From Cyanophora paradoxa CCMP329 (Eukaryota > Plantae > Glaucophyta): a stretch of 64,000 nucleotides of DNA. The DNA is taken from positions 248,001 through 312,000 of the forward strand of contig QPMI01000113.1 in assembly GCA_004431415.1 (NCBI GenBank). The letters run 5' to 3'. The notes under the pieces were generated by a model. It saw only the letters and a program-made list of their open reading frames with translations, searched no databases and was not told the origin of the DNA. Shown piece by piece: positions 13,375 to 24,923 of this stretch. The translations under genes were made by a program, and so were the position numbers. Within the stretch, counting starts at the first letter, position 1, and each line of letters begins with the position of its first letter.

Positions 13375-13810
13375 GCCCCTTCGATTTTTCGCTTCATCCT
13401 CGCCCTTAGCTATCATAGTATAGCCCCTCCAAGTGGTGATGATGATCAAATCTCGTGACCATCATGAGCACTGCATGCATGGGTGCTCAGATGCTCACTG
13501 CAAGCCATATTGAAACATATATTGCGAGCACTATATGTTCTATGCCTCCGCCCCGGCCGGCAAGCGGGGAGGCCGCCCGCCACGCCTCCGCCCCGCTTCA
13601 CGAGCCGCGCCGCCGCCCGCCGCGCCCCCGCTCCGCCCGGCGAGCCGCGCCGCTGCCCGCCGGGCCTCCGCCCCGCCGAAGAGAGCTCCGACGAGAAGCT
13701 TGAACTTCGGAATCTGCTCAGCTAGCCGCGCTTGCGGATCTTCGAGGCTCGGGCGCAGCATGCGCACGAAACCGGAGCCGGCAGCTAGCTAGAGCCGGGC
13801 TTCCCTCTAG

Positions 13811-13852
13811 CGATCGTAACTCTATCGATCGTAACTCTGGCGATCGTAACTC
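13811..13852. repeat. 3 x 15-bp tandem repeat, core CGATCGTAACTC
   Basis: Core at 13811, 13826 and 13841, separated by TAT and TGG. Confidence 0.9.
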
Positions 13853-15262
13853 CGGGCTTGTATCAGGGACACAAGAGCGCATTCTGCTAGAAAGATAATT
13901 GCATAACTCGGTTGGGGAGTGTGTGTTGTGCTATGGCGGGGCGAGGGGGGGAGCGCGCTACGCGCCAGCTGGCATAATTAAAGAGGCCCTTACATAGAGC
14001 AGTTCGCAAGTGGTGGCGTCTAGCGCCGTTACCATCGATTTTCGACCACTGCGGGCGCGGGATTCGCGGCGCGGGATCGGCAAGACAGCTACACGAGTGC
14101 TAGGGAATCGGCGCGCATAGGTCCTTTTTGCTAGCGGATCCGCGCTGCGCGCCCGCGCGCCAAGGTCCCGCGCGCCCGCTTGCGGAGGGGGGGGACAGCG
14201 ATTCCGTCATGCAGTCCGCGCTGCTAGCGCTCTGGTCGCGTTATGCATGCGCGGTACAGCGCAACGATTGCGCTGTGTACCGCTTCGGGTCCTCCGCGCT
14301 GCCGCCGCCGCGCCAGCGCCGGTTTTGGGGCTGCCCAAAACCGGGGGGGACAGCGTTACGAGGCACCAGCTCCAGCCACACATCGCCCGGTGTGCGAAAC
14401 GCTCGAGCGCGTCGCACTCCCCAGGCGCCGCCGCTATATCTGGCGCCTCCATCTGGCCCCGCTCGCCGCCGCAGTACACGGCGACTACACGCCGCACATC
14501 GCGGCACATGTACAGCACATGGAGGGTCCCCATGGCCCGGCAGCAGCCGCAGTAGGTTAGGGTAGCCTTTAGTATTCTTCTTCATCGCGTAGGCCGCCTT
14601 CCCAAAGGATAGGCCTCGCAGACGGGGGTAGCCCGGTTCGCGCCTCGTTCTTCGGGGCTTTGCGAGCCTGGCACTGCTCTACTATCCCCCTAAGGGCCCG
14701 GCATCCCCCGGGTACCAGCACGTAGCATGTGGGCGTGTAGCTACCGTGTGAAGAGCAAGTGGTCATTGCTTCCACCGTATGTGTAGTATTTCGCTTATGT
14801 ATTGTCTAATTATATAACTAGTGTAGTATTTTTTTTTTAAAGATCTACGGTGGGCGTGCCCACTCGTAGTACACAACGAGGATACAAGTCACGGTATCGG
14901 TAACTAGTGTAGTAACCAAGTAGCCTAGTAACTACTACGTATACGTGACTCCTACTACGTTACTGTGACATCGGTATCATTTCCAAGGAGCTGTTGAGTG
15001 CCACGGGGTACTGCTTTTCTTGACCACAACTGAAAAGACTGCTTTCAAAAGTTTTCCAAGAAATGTTTACCACTGAGCAAGAAATACTAAACTTGAAAGA
15101 ATGCACGACAAAACAAAGTGGAAAAGCGTACACCCAGCCCCTCGATCGATATCGTACACACGAGACTGGATGGATACACGAGGCAAGCCGAACGAATTGA
15201 TCGCGAGGAGCACTACAAATGGGGCGGGTGCCAGTACGGAAGCGGGCGGGGTGGATCCACGG

Positions 15263-18200
15263 CTAGCGGCCGCGGTGGGAGGAGCGGGAGGAGCGGCCGG
15301 AGGCGGGCCCTGATGCGGCAGCGGCGGCGGTGGCCGAGGCGGCGGCGGCCCTGGCGAGCTCGGCCTGCCAGTGCTCGTAGTTGGTGCGCAGGTTGCGCAC
15401 GAGGGAGTCCCCGAGCGCCGGCACCAGCGCCGCCACGCTCGTCACCAGGGGCGACACCACGAAGTCCACGAAGCCGATCTGGCGGGGGGTGAGCCGGAGG
15501 GCGAGCGGAAAGGGGGGGGGGGGGGGGGGGCCGACCTGGGACTTGGGGAGGCGCTCCCGCGTGTCCCCCGTGCGGTCCACTGCGCCCCCGCCGTGAGCCC
15601 CGCAGCCGGCGGGCGAGGGGGCGGGCGGGGAGCGGGGCGGCACTGAAGGGCGAGACGGGGATGCCGAGCTCGCGCTCCTTGTCGCCCTGCGGGGCCGTGA
15701 GCGAGGGGAGGCTGGGCGCGAACGCCGGGGCGCGGGGGGCGGGCCTGGGAGAAGAACTCGGCGTTGACGCGGTGCGACCAGGCGATGTGGAGCGGCAGCG
15801 GCTTCGACGCGTGCCCGATGTCGCACGCCTGCCGTGGGGGCGTCGGGGCGGGGCGGGGGCGGGGCGCGGGGCGGGCGCGGGGCGGGGGCACCTTGAGGGC
15901 GACCTGGAGGAGGAGGCGCGCGTCCTCCCGCGCCAGCGGCGGCTCCTCCCGCGCAGCCCCGGGGCCGCCCCCTCCCCGCCTCGCTCCCCGCCGGCTGCGC
16001 CCCGCTCGCGCCCCGCCGAGGCGGCCGGTCGGGGTCGGGGCGGCGCACGGAGACGGGGGCGTCGGGCCCGACGGGCTGCCCGAAGGCCCCGGCCGCCGTC
16101 CGCCGCTTGAAGGTCCCCAGGATCTCCTGCGGGGCGCGCGCGCGTCGAGGGCGGCCGAGGGGCGGCGGGCAGGGGGAGGGGAGGGGGGGATGGGGGGGGG
16201 GAGGAGGGAGGGGGGGATAGAGGGTATGGATATGGCATAGCTGGAAGTCTAAGTGGTGGATGGGAATTTCTAGGCAGTGGGTGTCGCGATTTCGAATCCG
16301 GCGGGATCCGTATTTCGGAAACAGAAAACAAATTCGGGCACGAAGTGCTGGCCCATGTCGGTGGCGAGGACCATGTCGATGACGCAGCGCCGCAGCTCCT
16401 TGACGTCCGCCTTGTCGAGGGCGGCGAGGAAGTCGTGCCGCGGCTCCCGCAGCGCCTTCCAGCTCGCTGCCACGTGGTGCGACTCCAGCGGGCTTCGGTC
16501 GTTGTAGAGGATGGCGAGCGGCCCGCCAGAGTTGATCGCGAAGTTGTTGTTGTAGCCCGGGTGCTCGAAGTCTGGGGCCTCCAGGGCGGCGAGGCTCACG
16601 GCGAGCAGCGGCCGCCCGCCCGTCGCCTCGCTCACCTCGAAGATCTCCACGCCCTGCGCGCGGCGCCCCCGCTCGCGTCGGCGGGGAGGGGCGGGGCGGC
16701 GGGGGCGGGGGCGGGGGGCGGGCGGGCCTCCCAGGAGGCGAGGCCGGCGCGCAGGGCGCGGGCCTCCCGCTCGACGCGCTCGTCGAGGGCCTCCAGGGCG
16801 GCGAGGCTCACGGCGAGCAGCGGCCGCCCGCCCGTCGCCTCGCTCACCTCGAAGATCTCCACGCCCTGCGCGCGGCGCCCCCGCTCGCGTCGGCGGGAGG
16901 GGCGGGGCGGCGGGGCGGGGGCGGGGGCGGGCGGGCCTCCCAGGAGGCGAGGCCGGCGCGCAGGGCGCGGGCCTCCCGCTCGACGCGCTCGTCGAGGAGC
17001 GGCGGCGCCGGCGACGCCGCGCCGGCCCGCTCCTCCAGCACCACGGGCTCGGGCCCCGCCTGCGCCGCCGCCGCCGCCGCGAGCGAGGCGAGGCCGCCGG
17101 CGCCGTGGCCCTGGTCGACGCTGCCGCTGCGGCGGGCGCGCCAGGAGCGGTGGGGGGCCAGGGAGCTGCGGCGGGAGCCGGGGCTGGACTCGAGGCGCTG
17201 CGCGGGGGCGATCTCGGTGAGGAGCCAGGCCTGCGTGTCGCTGTCGACGCCGAGCGTCCCCGCGGCGATCTGGCCGTTGAAGTCGGGGACGAGGAGGCTG
17301 CCGGAGGCGAGGAGGCCGTTGACGGCGGCGTGGAGGACGGAGAGGGCCTCGCGGGGGAGGCGCGCGTCCCGCGTGAGGCCCTTCAGCGCCGCCACCGTCT
17401 TCGTCAGCGGCGAGTCGAGGTCCACCACCGACTGCTTGCGCGCCCCTGCCCGCCCGCCCCGCGCCCGCGCCGTCGGGTCCGAGCCGGCCGGCCGGCGCGG
17501 GGGCGGGACGGACGCTGGAGGGCGGTGAGCTCGGAGGCGAGGTGGAGGTTCATCTCGCGCAGGTCCTCCCGCTCCACCGTCACGCTCTCCAGCTCCGAGC
17601 GCAGCCGCAGAGAGTCGATGAAGTCCCGCCGCCGCCGCCCGTCCTCCTCCGACGCCGCCAGCAGCGCGAACGGCACGCTCGCCCCCGTCAGGATCACCGC
17701 CCCGCTGCCCCCGCTCCGCCCATCAGCTGCAGCCTCGGCGGCGGCGCGCGGCGGCGGCAACGGCGCGCACTAAAAATCGAAGAAGGACGTCGCGGCGCGG
17801 GCGGCGGGGTCTGTGGGGGCGCGCGTCGGGGCGGCGCCCGTGCGGGGGCGGGGCGGGGCGGGGCGGGGCGCGGACAGCCGATCCAGACGAGGCCGTGGGA
17901 GAGGGCGACGAGGGCGAGGTAGTGGCGGGGGGGCAGCTGCGCCCCGCCCCGTCACCCGCGCCGCGCCCCGCCGCGCCCCGCCGCGCCGCGCCCGGGCCGG
18001 CGGGGGCGGACCTGGGCGAGGCCGCGGGCCGCCCGTCCACGGCGAGAATTACGGGGTAGAAGATCAGCTCCGGGTTCGGGTCCCCCAGGTGGCTGCCCCC
18101 ACGCCACGCCTCGATGAGGAGGGCAAGGGCGGCGCGAAAGGGGGAGGGGGAGGGGAGGGGGGAGGCGGGGGTACGGCGCACTCGCAGAAGGAGGCGGCGA

Positions 18201-19111
18201 GGACGGATGCGAGGAAGGCGTCCATGAGGAGCTGCGGGGTACGGGTTCGCATTTGGGGCGCGGGCGGGGCGGGGCGCGCACGTTGCTCCAGCGGCGGTAG
18301 AGGTCGGGCGCCGCCGACATGAGGGCGTAGCAGAGGGCGCCCACGATCGCGGGGCCCGCGCAGATCAGCCGCTGCCGCCCGGCGGCGCTCTCAGCCGGCG
18401 CGGGGTTGGGCGCGCGGCAGGGGAGGAAGCGTGGGGTGCGGTGGGGGTGGGGGTGGGGGGGTTGGGGGGGTGGGGTGGGGCGGGAGGGCGGACCCAGAAG
18501 GCGCGCATGCTGTGGGACTCGAAGCCGCGCTGCTGCTCGAGGTCGGCGCGGTAGATGTTGACGGCCCCCGCGTAGAACGCCACCGCCGCCACGTACAGCA
18601 CGATCGCTGCGCCCCGCTCGGCCCCGCCCCCGCGCGCAAGCCGGCGCCGCAGCTCGCGGGGCGCGCGCGCACCGACTGGCAGCATGACCTTCTGGCGCCG
18701 CACGCTGCCCTTGCTGCGCCACAGATGGTACTCGTGCTCGGTGGCGCCGTCCGCGAAGGTCTGGAAGAGGCCGAGGAAGTGCGAGCGCAGTGTCGTGCGG
18801 GCCGCGACGCCGGCCGTGCGCGCGGTTTCCTGGGCGCTGCGGCGGCCCGGCGCCGCGCGCCGCCGATCGTACGGCGTCGCGGAGGTTGGGGAGACCGGCG
18901 AGGAGCCCCATGAGAGGGGCATCAGCGCCGGGCTCGTCTGCTGGTCCTCCGCGCCCTCGCCGAGCGCGAGGTCGGGCTTTTGCTCGCCCCACGCCTTCGC
19001 TTTAACCAGCACAGCCGGCACAGCGACAGCCGCGGCCGGCTGCGCGTCTCGTGGCGTCCGGCCGTCCATGTCCTGCCCCGGCGGTGCCGCGGGCTGCGCG
19101 TGGACCCTCAT
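15263..19111 (-). pseudogene. Class I cyclic nucleotide phosphodiesterase (PDEase_I) with N-terminal TM region; catalytic YHN/HD segment missing
   Basis: DFEHPGYNNNF, LYNDRSPLESHH, MVLATDMGQHF, ACDIGHASK, EFFSQGDKERELG and SQIGFVDFVV present. YHNxxHAxDV and the His of the HD motif are absent. Internal tandem duplication at 16575-16998. Confidence 0.75.
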
Positions 19112-19771
19112 GCGGCCGACGCGACTGCCTCTGACTCCCTAGCTGCCGCAATCGCGAGCTTTCAACAGGAGCCCTGAACTGGGAAGCCGCGGCTGTCGAA
19201 ACGGAACCGCCTGCCGCGCACGTTTAGCCACGACTACTCGCACGATGGGACCGTTACCAGACGCGGATGCAATTGTGAAGCGTTCGGCCGTTTGTTCTCT
19301 GGAGTGCCGTCGCCGTCGACCGATCAGCCTTCGAGCTTCATTCGCTTCTGCAACCTATCTTCGAAGCCCCGACGGTCGAAGGCCTTACAATCTGAAGGTC
19401 ATGATGATGGCATGATGAAGGTCATCTGCCGGCGCCGCAGTACTGGGCCGGGGGCCTGGGGGCCGGCTGGGGCTATGGCTAAAGATACGTACCCCCCTCC
19501 GTGACGCAGTGACGAATCCGGACCAATGGTGAACGAGCGCTAAAAATGGAAGCACTCGACGATTCACGGCGCGCGCGCGCGAGCGCGCCTCCGAGGCTAG
19601 GGCGCCTAGGGAGTAGTAGGGACTCGGGAGTCGGGAGTCGGGAGTCCAAGCGCGACGGGCAGGTCCCCCGCGGATAGAAGCACTCGACGATCGCGATTCG
19701 CGCTGTCCTACCTTAGCGAACCAAGCTAAATCAGCGCAACTGCTCACGAAAAACGCTGGGGCGGTGCGGGC

Positions 19772-19859
19772 GGGCGGCGGGCTCGGGTGCCGGAGCTCGA
19801 GGCGGAGGACCATCCCGGGGGGCGGGGCGGCGGGCTCGGGTGCCGGAGCTCGAGGCGGA
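19772..19859. repeat. 35-bp direct repeat (2 copies, period 53)
   Basis: GGGCGGCGGGCTCGGGTGCCGGAGCTCGAGGCGGA at 19772 and 19825. Confidence 0.85.
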
Positions 19860-19889
19860 AGCTCGTGCTCCGGGGGGCGGGGGACGAGC

Positions 19890-22800
19890 TCAGCGGGACT
19901 CCCCGGGAGCGAGCATCCGGATCCGGGCCCCTGCCCCGCAAGGGGGCGCCGGCCCCAGGGGGTGCTCGCCCGGGGACGGAGGATCGGGGCGAGGGGCTGG
20001 CGTGGGGGGGTAGGGCTGAGGGACCCGACGGGTACATATGCATGTAGAGCCGAGCGGCCAGCTGGAGGGCATGCCCTTGCCCTGGGTCGGCAGGGGCTGG
20101 GGCCTCGCGATCGGGGGCCGTCGATGGCCATTGGGGCGTCGCTGCGTCGGGCGCGGGGCGGGAGCCCGGGCGACGGCCCCAGACGGGGCTCGCCGGGGTC
20201 CCCTCGGTGGCGTGCAGCGCTCGCTTGCGCTCGCGGGAGAGGGTAGCCCCCTCCCGCGAGGCACCCCGGGGCGCCGGCCCCGCGCTCGGCGCTTGCTCCG
20301 GCGAGCGGCGGGCCGCGGCGAGCTCCGCCTCATCGGCCGCGGCCGGCTGCCCGTTGCCGGCGCTGCCCGGCACCCCCAGTAGAGGGCGGCCACCGCACCG
20401 CCCGTCCCCGCCGCCTCCTCCTCCTCCCCGCCGGGGGCGCCCTTCCGCCGCCTCGCCAGCGCGGCCGCGCTGCCGCTTGGCCGGCGCCGCAGGGCCGGGG
20501 CCGACTCGAGGATCGGGGCGGGCCCGGCCTCCCCGGGGCCCGTCCGCTCCTCTCCCTCCGAGGACCAGTACTCCGAAGCCGAGTCGCTGCCGGACCCCCG
20601 CCCAGAGCCGCCGCCGCGGCTGCTCGACCGGGCGCCGGCGCACCGCCCGCCAGCGGGCCCGCTCGGCCTCGGCGGCGGCGGCGAGGGCGCGCTCCTCGCG
20701 CCGGCGCCGGTGCTCGAGCTTCGCCGCCGTGCGGTGCGCCGCCTGCGGGCCCCGCGCCAGCCGCCCGCCGCGCGACGTGAAGCCGCCGGCGCCGCCGGCC
20801 GCCTCGGGGCGCCCGCGCTCGCCCGAGGCGCGCCCCTTGGCCCAGCGCGCCCAGTCCCGCATCGCCACCTCGGGCTGCCCGGCCGCCCCGGGCGCTCCGG
20901 GGCCGGCACGCGCGGCAGGAGGTCCAGGAAGGCGGCCTCGGGCGGGAGGGAGGCGGGGGCCCCGCGGCCGCCGCGTGGGCCAGGCCCGCGGCGTGATGGG
21001 CGCAGGAGGGCCCCGAGGAGTCGGCGAGGGGCTCCGCCCCGCCCCCGCCCGCTGCACCCGCCGCCGCCGCAGCGCCGCGCCGCCCGCCCCGCCATCAGGG
21101 CCCGCTGGGCGCGGCGCGCGAGGCTCCGTAGCCGATTCGAACTCGAGCGTGTGGACGGGTATACCCGCGGCGCCGGGGCTTGGACCGGTCTCGGGCAACG
21201 CAGCGTCGGGAGGAGGGGTAGAGGAGGCGTTGAGGGGAGCGGGGAGGGCCGTGTTCGAGGGCGCAGGGACCGGTGGCGGGCGGCAGGGTCCGGGCCCGGG
21301 CCCGCGAGCGGAGCGCGCACCCAGCGGCGCGGCCGGCCGCGGTGCGAAGAGAGCGGTTCGTCGTCGTGGGCGAGGGCGGCGAAGCGGCCGCGGGCGGGGG
21401 CGATGCGGGGGCGGGGCGGGGGTATGCAGGGGCGCGACGGCGAGGGCGGCGGCGAGGGCCTTGGGGGCCGGGAGGGGCGCGTCATGGGGCTCGCGGGGCG
21501 GGCGCTGCGGGTGGGAGAGGGAGGGGGCGTGCGGGTGTGGCCGGTGGCCGGGGCGTGCCCGTGGAGGTGCCGCGTTGCCGCGGCGACGGCCTCGGCAAAG
21601 GGCAGGAAGCCGGCGCCCCGCCCCGAAGAGCAGCCCAGCGGGGTACGCCGCCTCGATCTCCATCGACCCCGCCGCGCGTGCCGCGCCAGGCTCCCGCGCT
21701 GCGGCGGGGCGCGCGCGTGTTGGGGCCGGCGCGCAAGCCGAGAAGGGGCCGGAGCGCGCACCCTGCCGCCTCCGCCGCCGCCGCCGCCGGCCTCGTCGCC
21801 GCTGCCGCCGGCTTTGAGCTCGAGGGAGGCGCGCAGGGCCTCCCGCCCCTCCCGCCGCCGCCCCTCTCCTCGCCGCTGGCGCCCTCCTCGCCGCCCTCGC
21901 CCTGCGCGTCACCCCCGCCGCCGCCTCGAGGAGGTGCCCGCCGAAGACCTCGAGCGCCCGCTCCGCCTCCGCCTGCGCCGCCCCAGTCAGCCGGCGCGGC
22001 GCCGGGCTCGCGCAGGGCGGCACGCGCCGCCGCCTGGTCGCCCCCGGGGCCCCCCAGGAGCCTCCTCAGCCGGTCCATGCGGGCGTCGAAATCGAGCATC
22101 AGCTCCGGCTGCAGGGGGAATCAGGGACGGGTGCGCCGCGGGGCGCGCGGCGGTGCGGAAGGGCGCACCCCGTACATCACCGAGAGGCCGGCGTGACCCT
22201 CTGCGGCCAGTGTGTAAGCGGGCGGGGCGGGCGGGGCGGGGCGGGTGCTCGGACCGGCGCTCTGCAGGGCGGCCTGCATGGAGGAGACGAAGGCCTGCCA
22301 CTGGGGCCCCGGCCCCGCCCCGCGGCCCCGCAGCAGCTCCTGCCTGTCCGCCCCGTGAGCGGCCGGCGAGAGGGGAGGGAAGTGCGGGGCGAGGTCAAGA
22401 GCGCGTGCCGCTGGGCCTCCCGGGCGGCGATGCGCAGGAGGGCGGCGGGGAGGAAGGAGGGGCCCCGGGGCTCCGGCACGGGCCCCGGGGGGGCCGGCGG
22501 CGGCGGCACGACGAAGACGCTCAGAAACGCGACCTGCCGGCGCCGTGTCCCCTTAGCCGGGGCGATGCGGGAGGAGGCAGGTGCCCCGGCGGACCCCCTT
22601 GGCCCCCGGCGGGGGCCGCGACGCCGTGCGCGGCGCGTAAAGCGGCTGGCGCGGTCGCGGCCCGTCCGAGACCAGCGGCGGGGGCTCCCCGGGCGCCGGC
22701 AGCTCGCTGAGAGGCCTCGTGAGCGGAGGAGGCCGGAAGGGGGTGGGGGGGGGGGGGGGGGGGCGCACTGGGGCGGCAGGAGGCCCTCGCTGCTCGCCTG

Positions 22801-24512
22801 CTGCCAGCGCGCCGCGCGCTCCGACTGCGCGAGCCCGCCGTGGACGCTCCCGCCCCAGCCCCGCACTGCCCCGCCCTCAGCGGCGGGGCCCGGGCGGGCG
22901 GGGCGGGGCGGGCCGGGGCGGGCGCGCCGCTCGTGATCTTCTGGATGTCGCTGGAGGAGGGCGTGAGGCCGGCGAGGCCCCCGTGCCCTGCCGCCCCGCC
23001 CCGCCTCGGCGGGCGGCGGGGCGGGCGGCGGGGGGCGCGGCGGGGACCTCGAGGGAGGCGAGGTAGGCGTTGACGAGCTCGAGGCGCTGGAGGGGGTGCT
23101 GGTCGTGCCGCACCCCCGCCGCCACCCGCAGCGCGAAGTCCGGGCCCATCAGCAGGATCGCCCGCAGCAGCTCCCACCCCCGCCGCTTCACCCAGAGCTT
23201 CGCTCGGTGCAGCCGCCGCGGGATGCCGCGCCGCGCGGCCGCCCTGCGCCGCCCGCGCCGGCGCTCCCGGGTCCTCTTGGTGGGGTGCGGAGGAGGGAGG
23301 AGGAGGAGCGGGCGAGCTCGAGGGCGCCCCGAGGGCCCCCGCCAGGCTCCGCACCGACCCGCCGCCCGCCCGCCCGCTCCCCGCCGACCCGGGCGCCCCC
23401 CCGCCCCCGCTCCGAGCCGGCCGTCTCGTACCCCCGTCGGTCTCGGCGTCGGTGTCGGCCCCGCGAGCCCGGGGCCGAGCGCCTCCTCGTGCACCTCGAC
23501 CTCTGCCGCCCCCGTCGGGCCGGGCGGGGCGGGCGGGGCGGGCGGGGGTCGGGCCGGGCGCGCCGTGGATCTCGCGGAGGACAAAGCGGCGGCGCTCCTC
23601 GCTCCACTTCGTGATGGCACCGAAGAGGCCCTCCAGGAAGCGCGCGCTGCGCCCCGCCCCCGCCTCACGCCCCCGCCCCTTGCATGCCCCCGCCCGGCCC
23701 CAGGCGCGCGCACTACTCCTGCGCGTCGATCCCGTCCGTCCACTGGTCCGCGAGCTGCCGGGCAGCCCCGCCGGCTCACCTCGCGGGGGCGAAGCGCCGG
23801 CGGCGGCGGGCCGCGGGGCGGCGGGCGGCACCTGGAAGAAGGAGAGGAAGAAGCGGGGCCGGTCGAGGGCGGCGGCGCTCTGCACGTCGAACGCCCAGTC
23901 GAGCTCGGCGTTGAGCGCCGCCGCCGCCTCATCCCACACCGCGTTCAGGTGCTTGTAAATCCGCTTGTTCAGGTCCACGTACTGCGCCCGCCCGCGTTGG
24001 GGGCCCGCTGATTTGATCCGACGCGGGGCCGCGGGCCGGGGGGCGCCGACCTCGTCGTGGTCGATGACGCCGTCTTCGTCGACGTCGGCGACGACCCATA
24101 GCCGCTCCAGCACCTCCCGCACCGCCGGGTCGAACTTGAGCGACTCCCGCTGCAGCAGCGCCTTATTTGTGTACAGCGCACTCTCCTGCGCCACCGCGCC
24201 CCCTCCGTAGTAGCGCCGCAGCCTGCGGGGCGCGCGTGAGAGCAGTGCAGGGCTTGGCGCAGCGGGCATTTCTCACTGATCGAGGAGCGATTCTGTCTGT
24301 ACTGGGGCCTGCGCTGGCGCGGCGAGGGAAAACCGTCGAAGGGAGCTTAGGCTCGCCCTCTTCCACTCTTGCCACCCAGTGGCTTCGCTGCTGCGCCTGG
24401 AGAACGGCGCGTCGATCCGCACGCTTGCATTGCTTCCCGGCCGCGAGAAGGACATGGACTTCGTGAGCCCGACGCTCACGCTCTTTGTGGGCGACCCGAA
24501 CGTCATGGACAT
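19890..24512 (-). CDS. Large spliced protein with N-terminal EF-hand region and long low-complexity C-terminus (3' end uncertain, may be two genes)
   Basis: EF-hand loop ADVDEDGVIDHDE(Y) at ~24050-24090, followed by FFLSFFQLADQWTDGIDAQEY; regular short introns. Confidence 0.6.
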
Positions 24513-24923
24513 CTCCAGCCACTGCTAGTTGGGCCGCTCCGAGTGCTTGTATTGTCTCAATCCGGCGTGTCCACCGCGAGCGAGGCAGCGGAAAGCTGGG
24601 CGCCTCAAGGGACGGTGTGGGCGGGAAAACGCGAAAATGAGGCGGCTCGGACGCCGCGCTTGTTTGCGAAAACGCGTATGGGTACGCCAGTACAAGTTGA
24701 CTACTTGGATCAAATTCGGAGTTTGAGACTTAACTGCAAAATTCAGGGCTCGAACAGCCGGTGAAAAGCTGGCCCTACCTCATCTCGAAAACTCACGCTC
24801 TAAAGCTGGCTGCTGCGTGGCCGGGACGGACCGGCGAACCGCCGAACCCTTGCCGGGGGGTACCGCTGGACTGTCAAGGTGCGACCAACCTGTCGTCTCG
24901 TCTTTAGCTTGTCGCTGCGCGAG

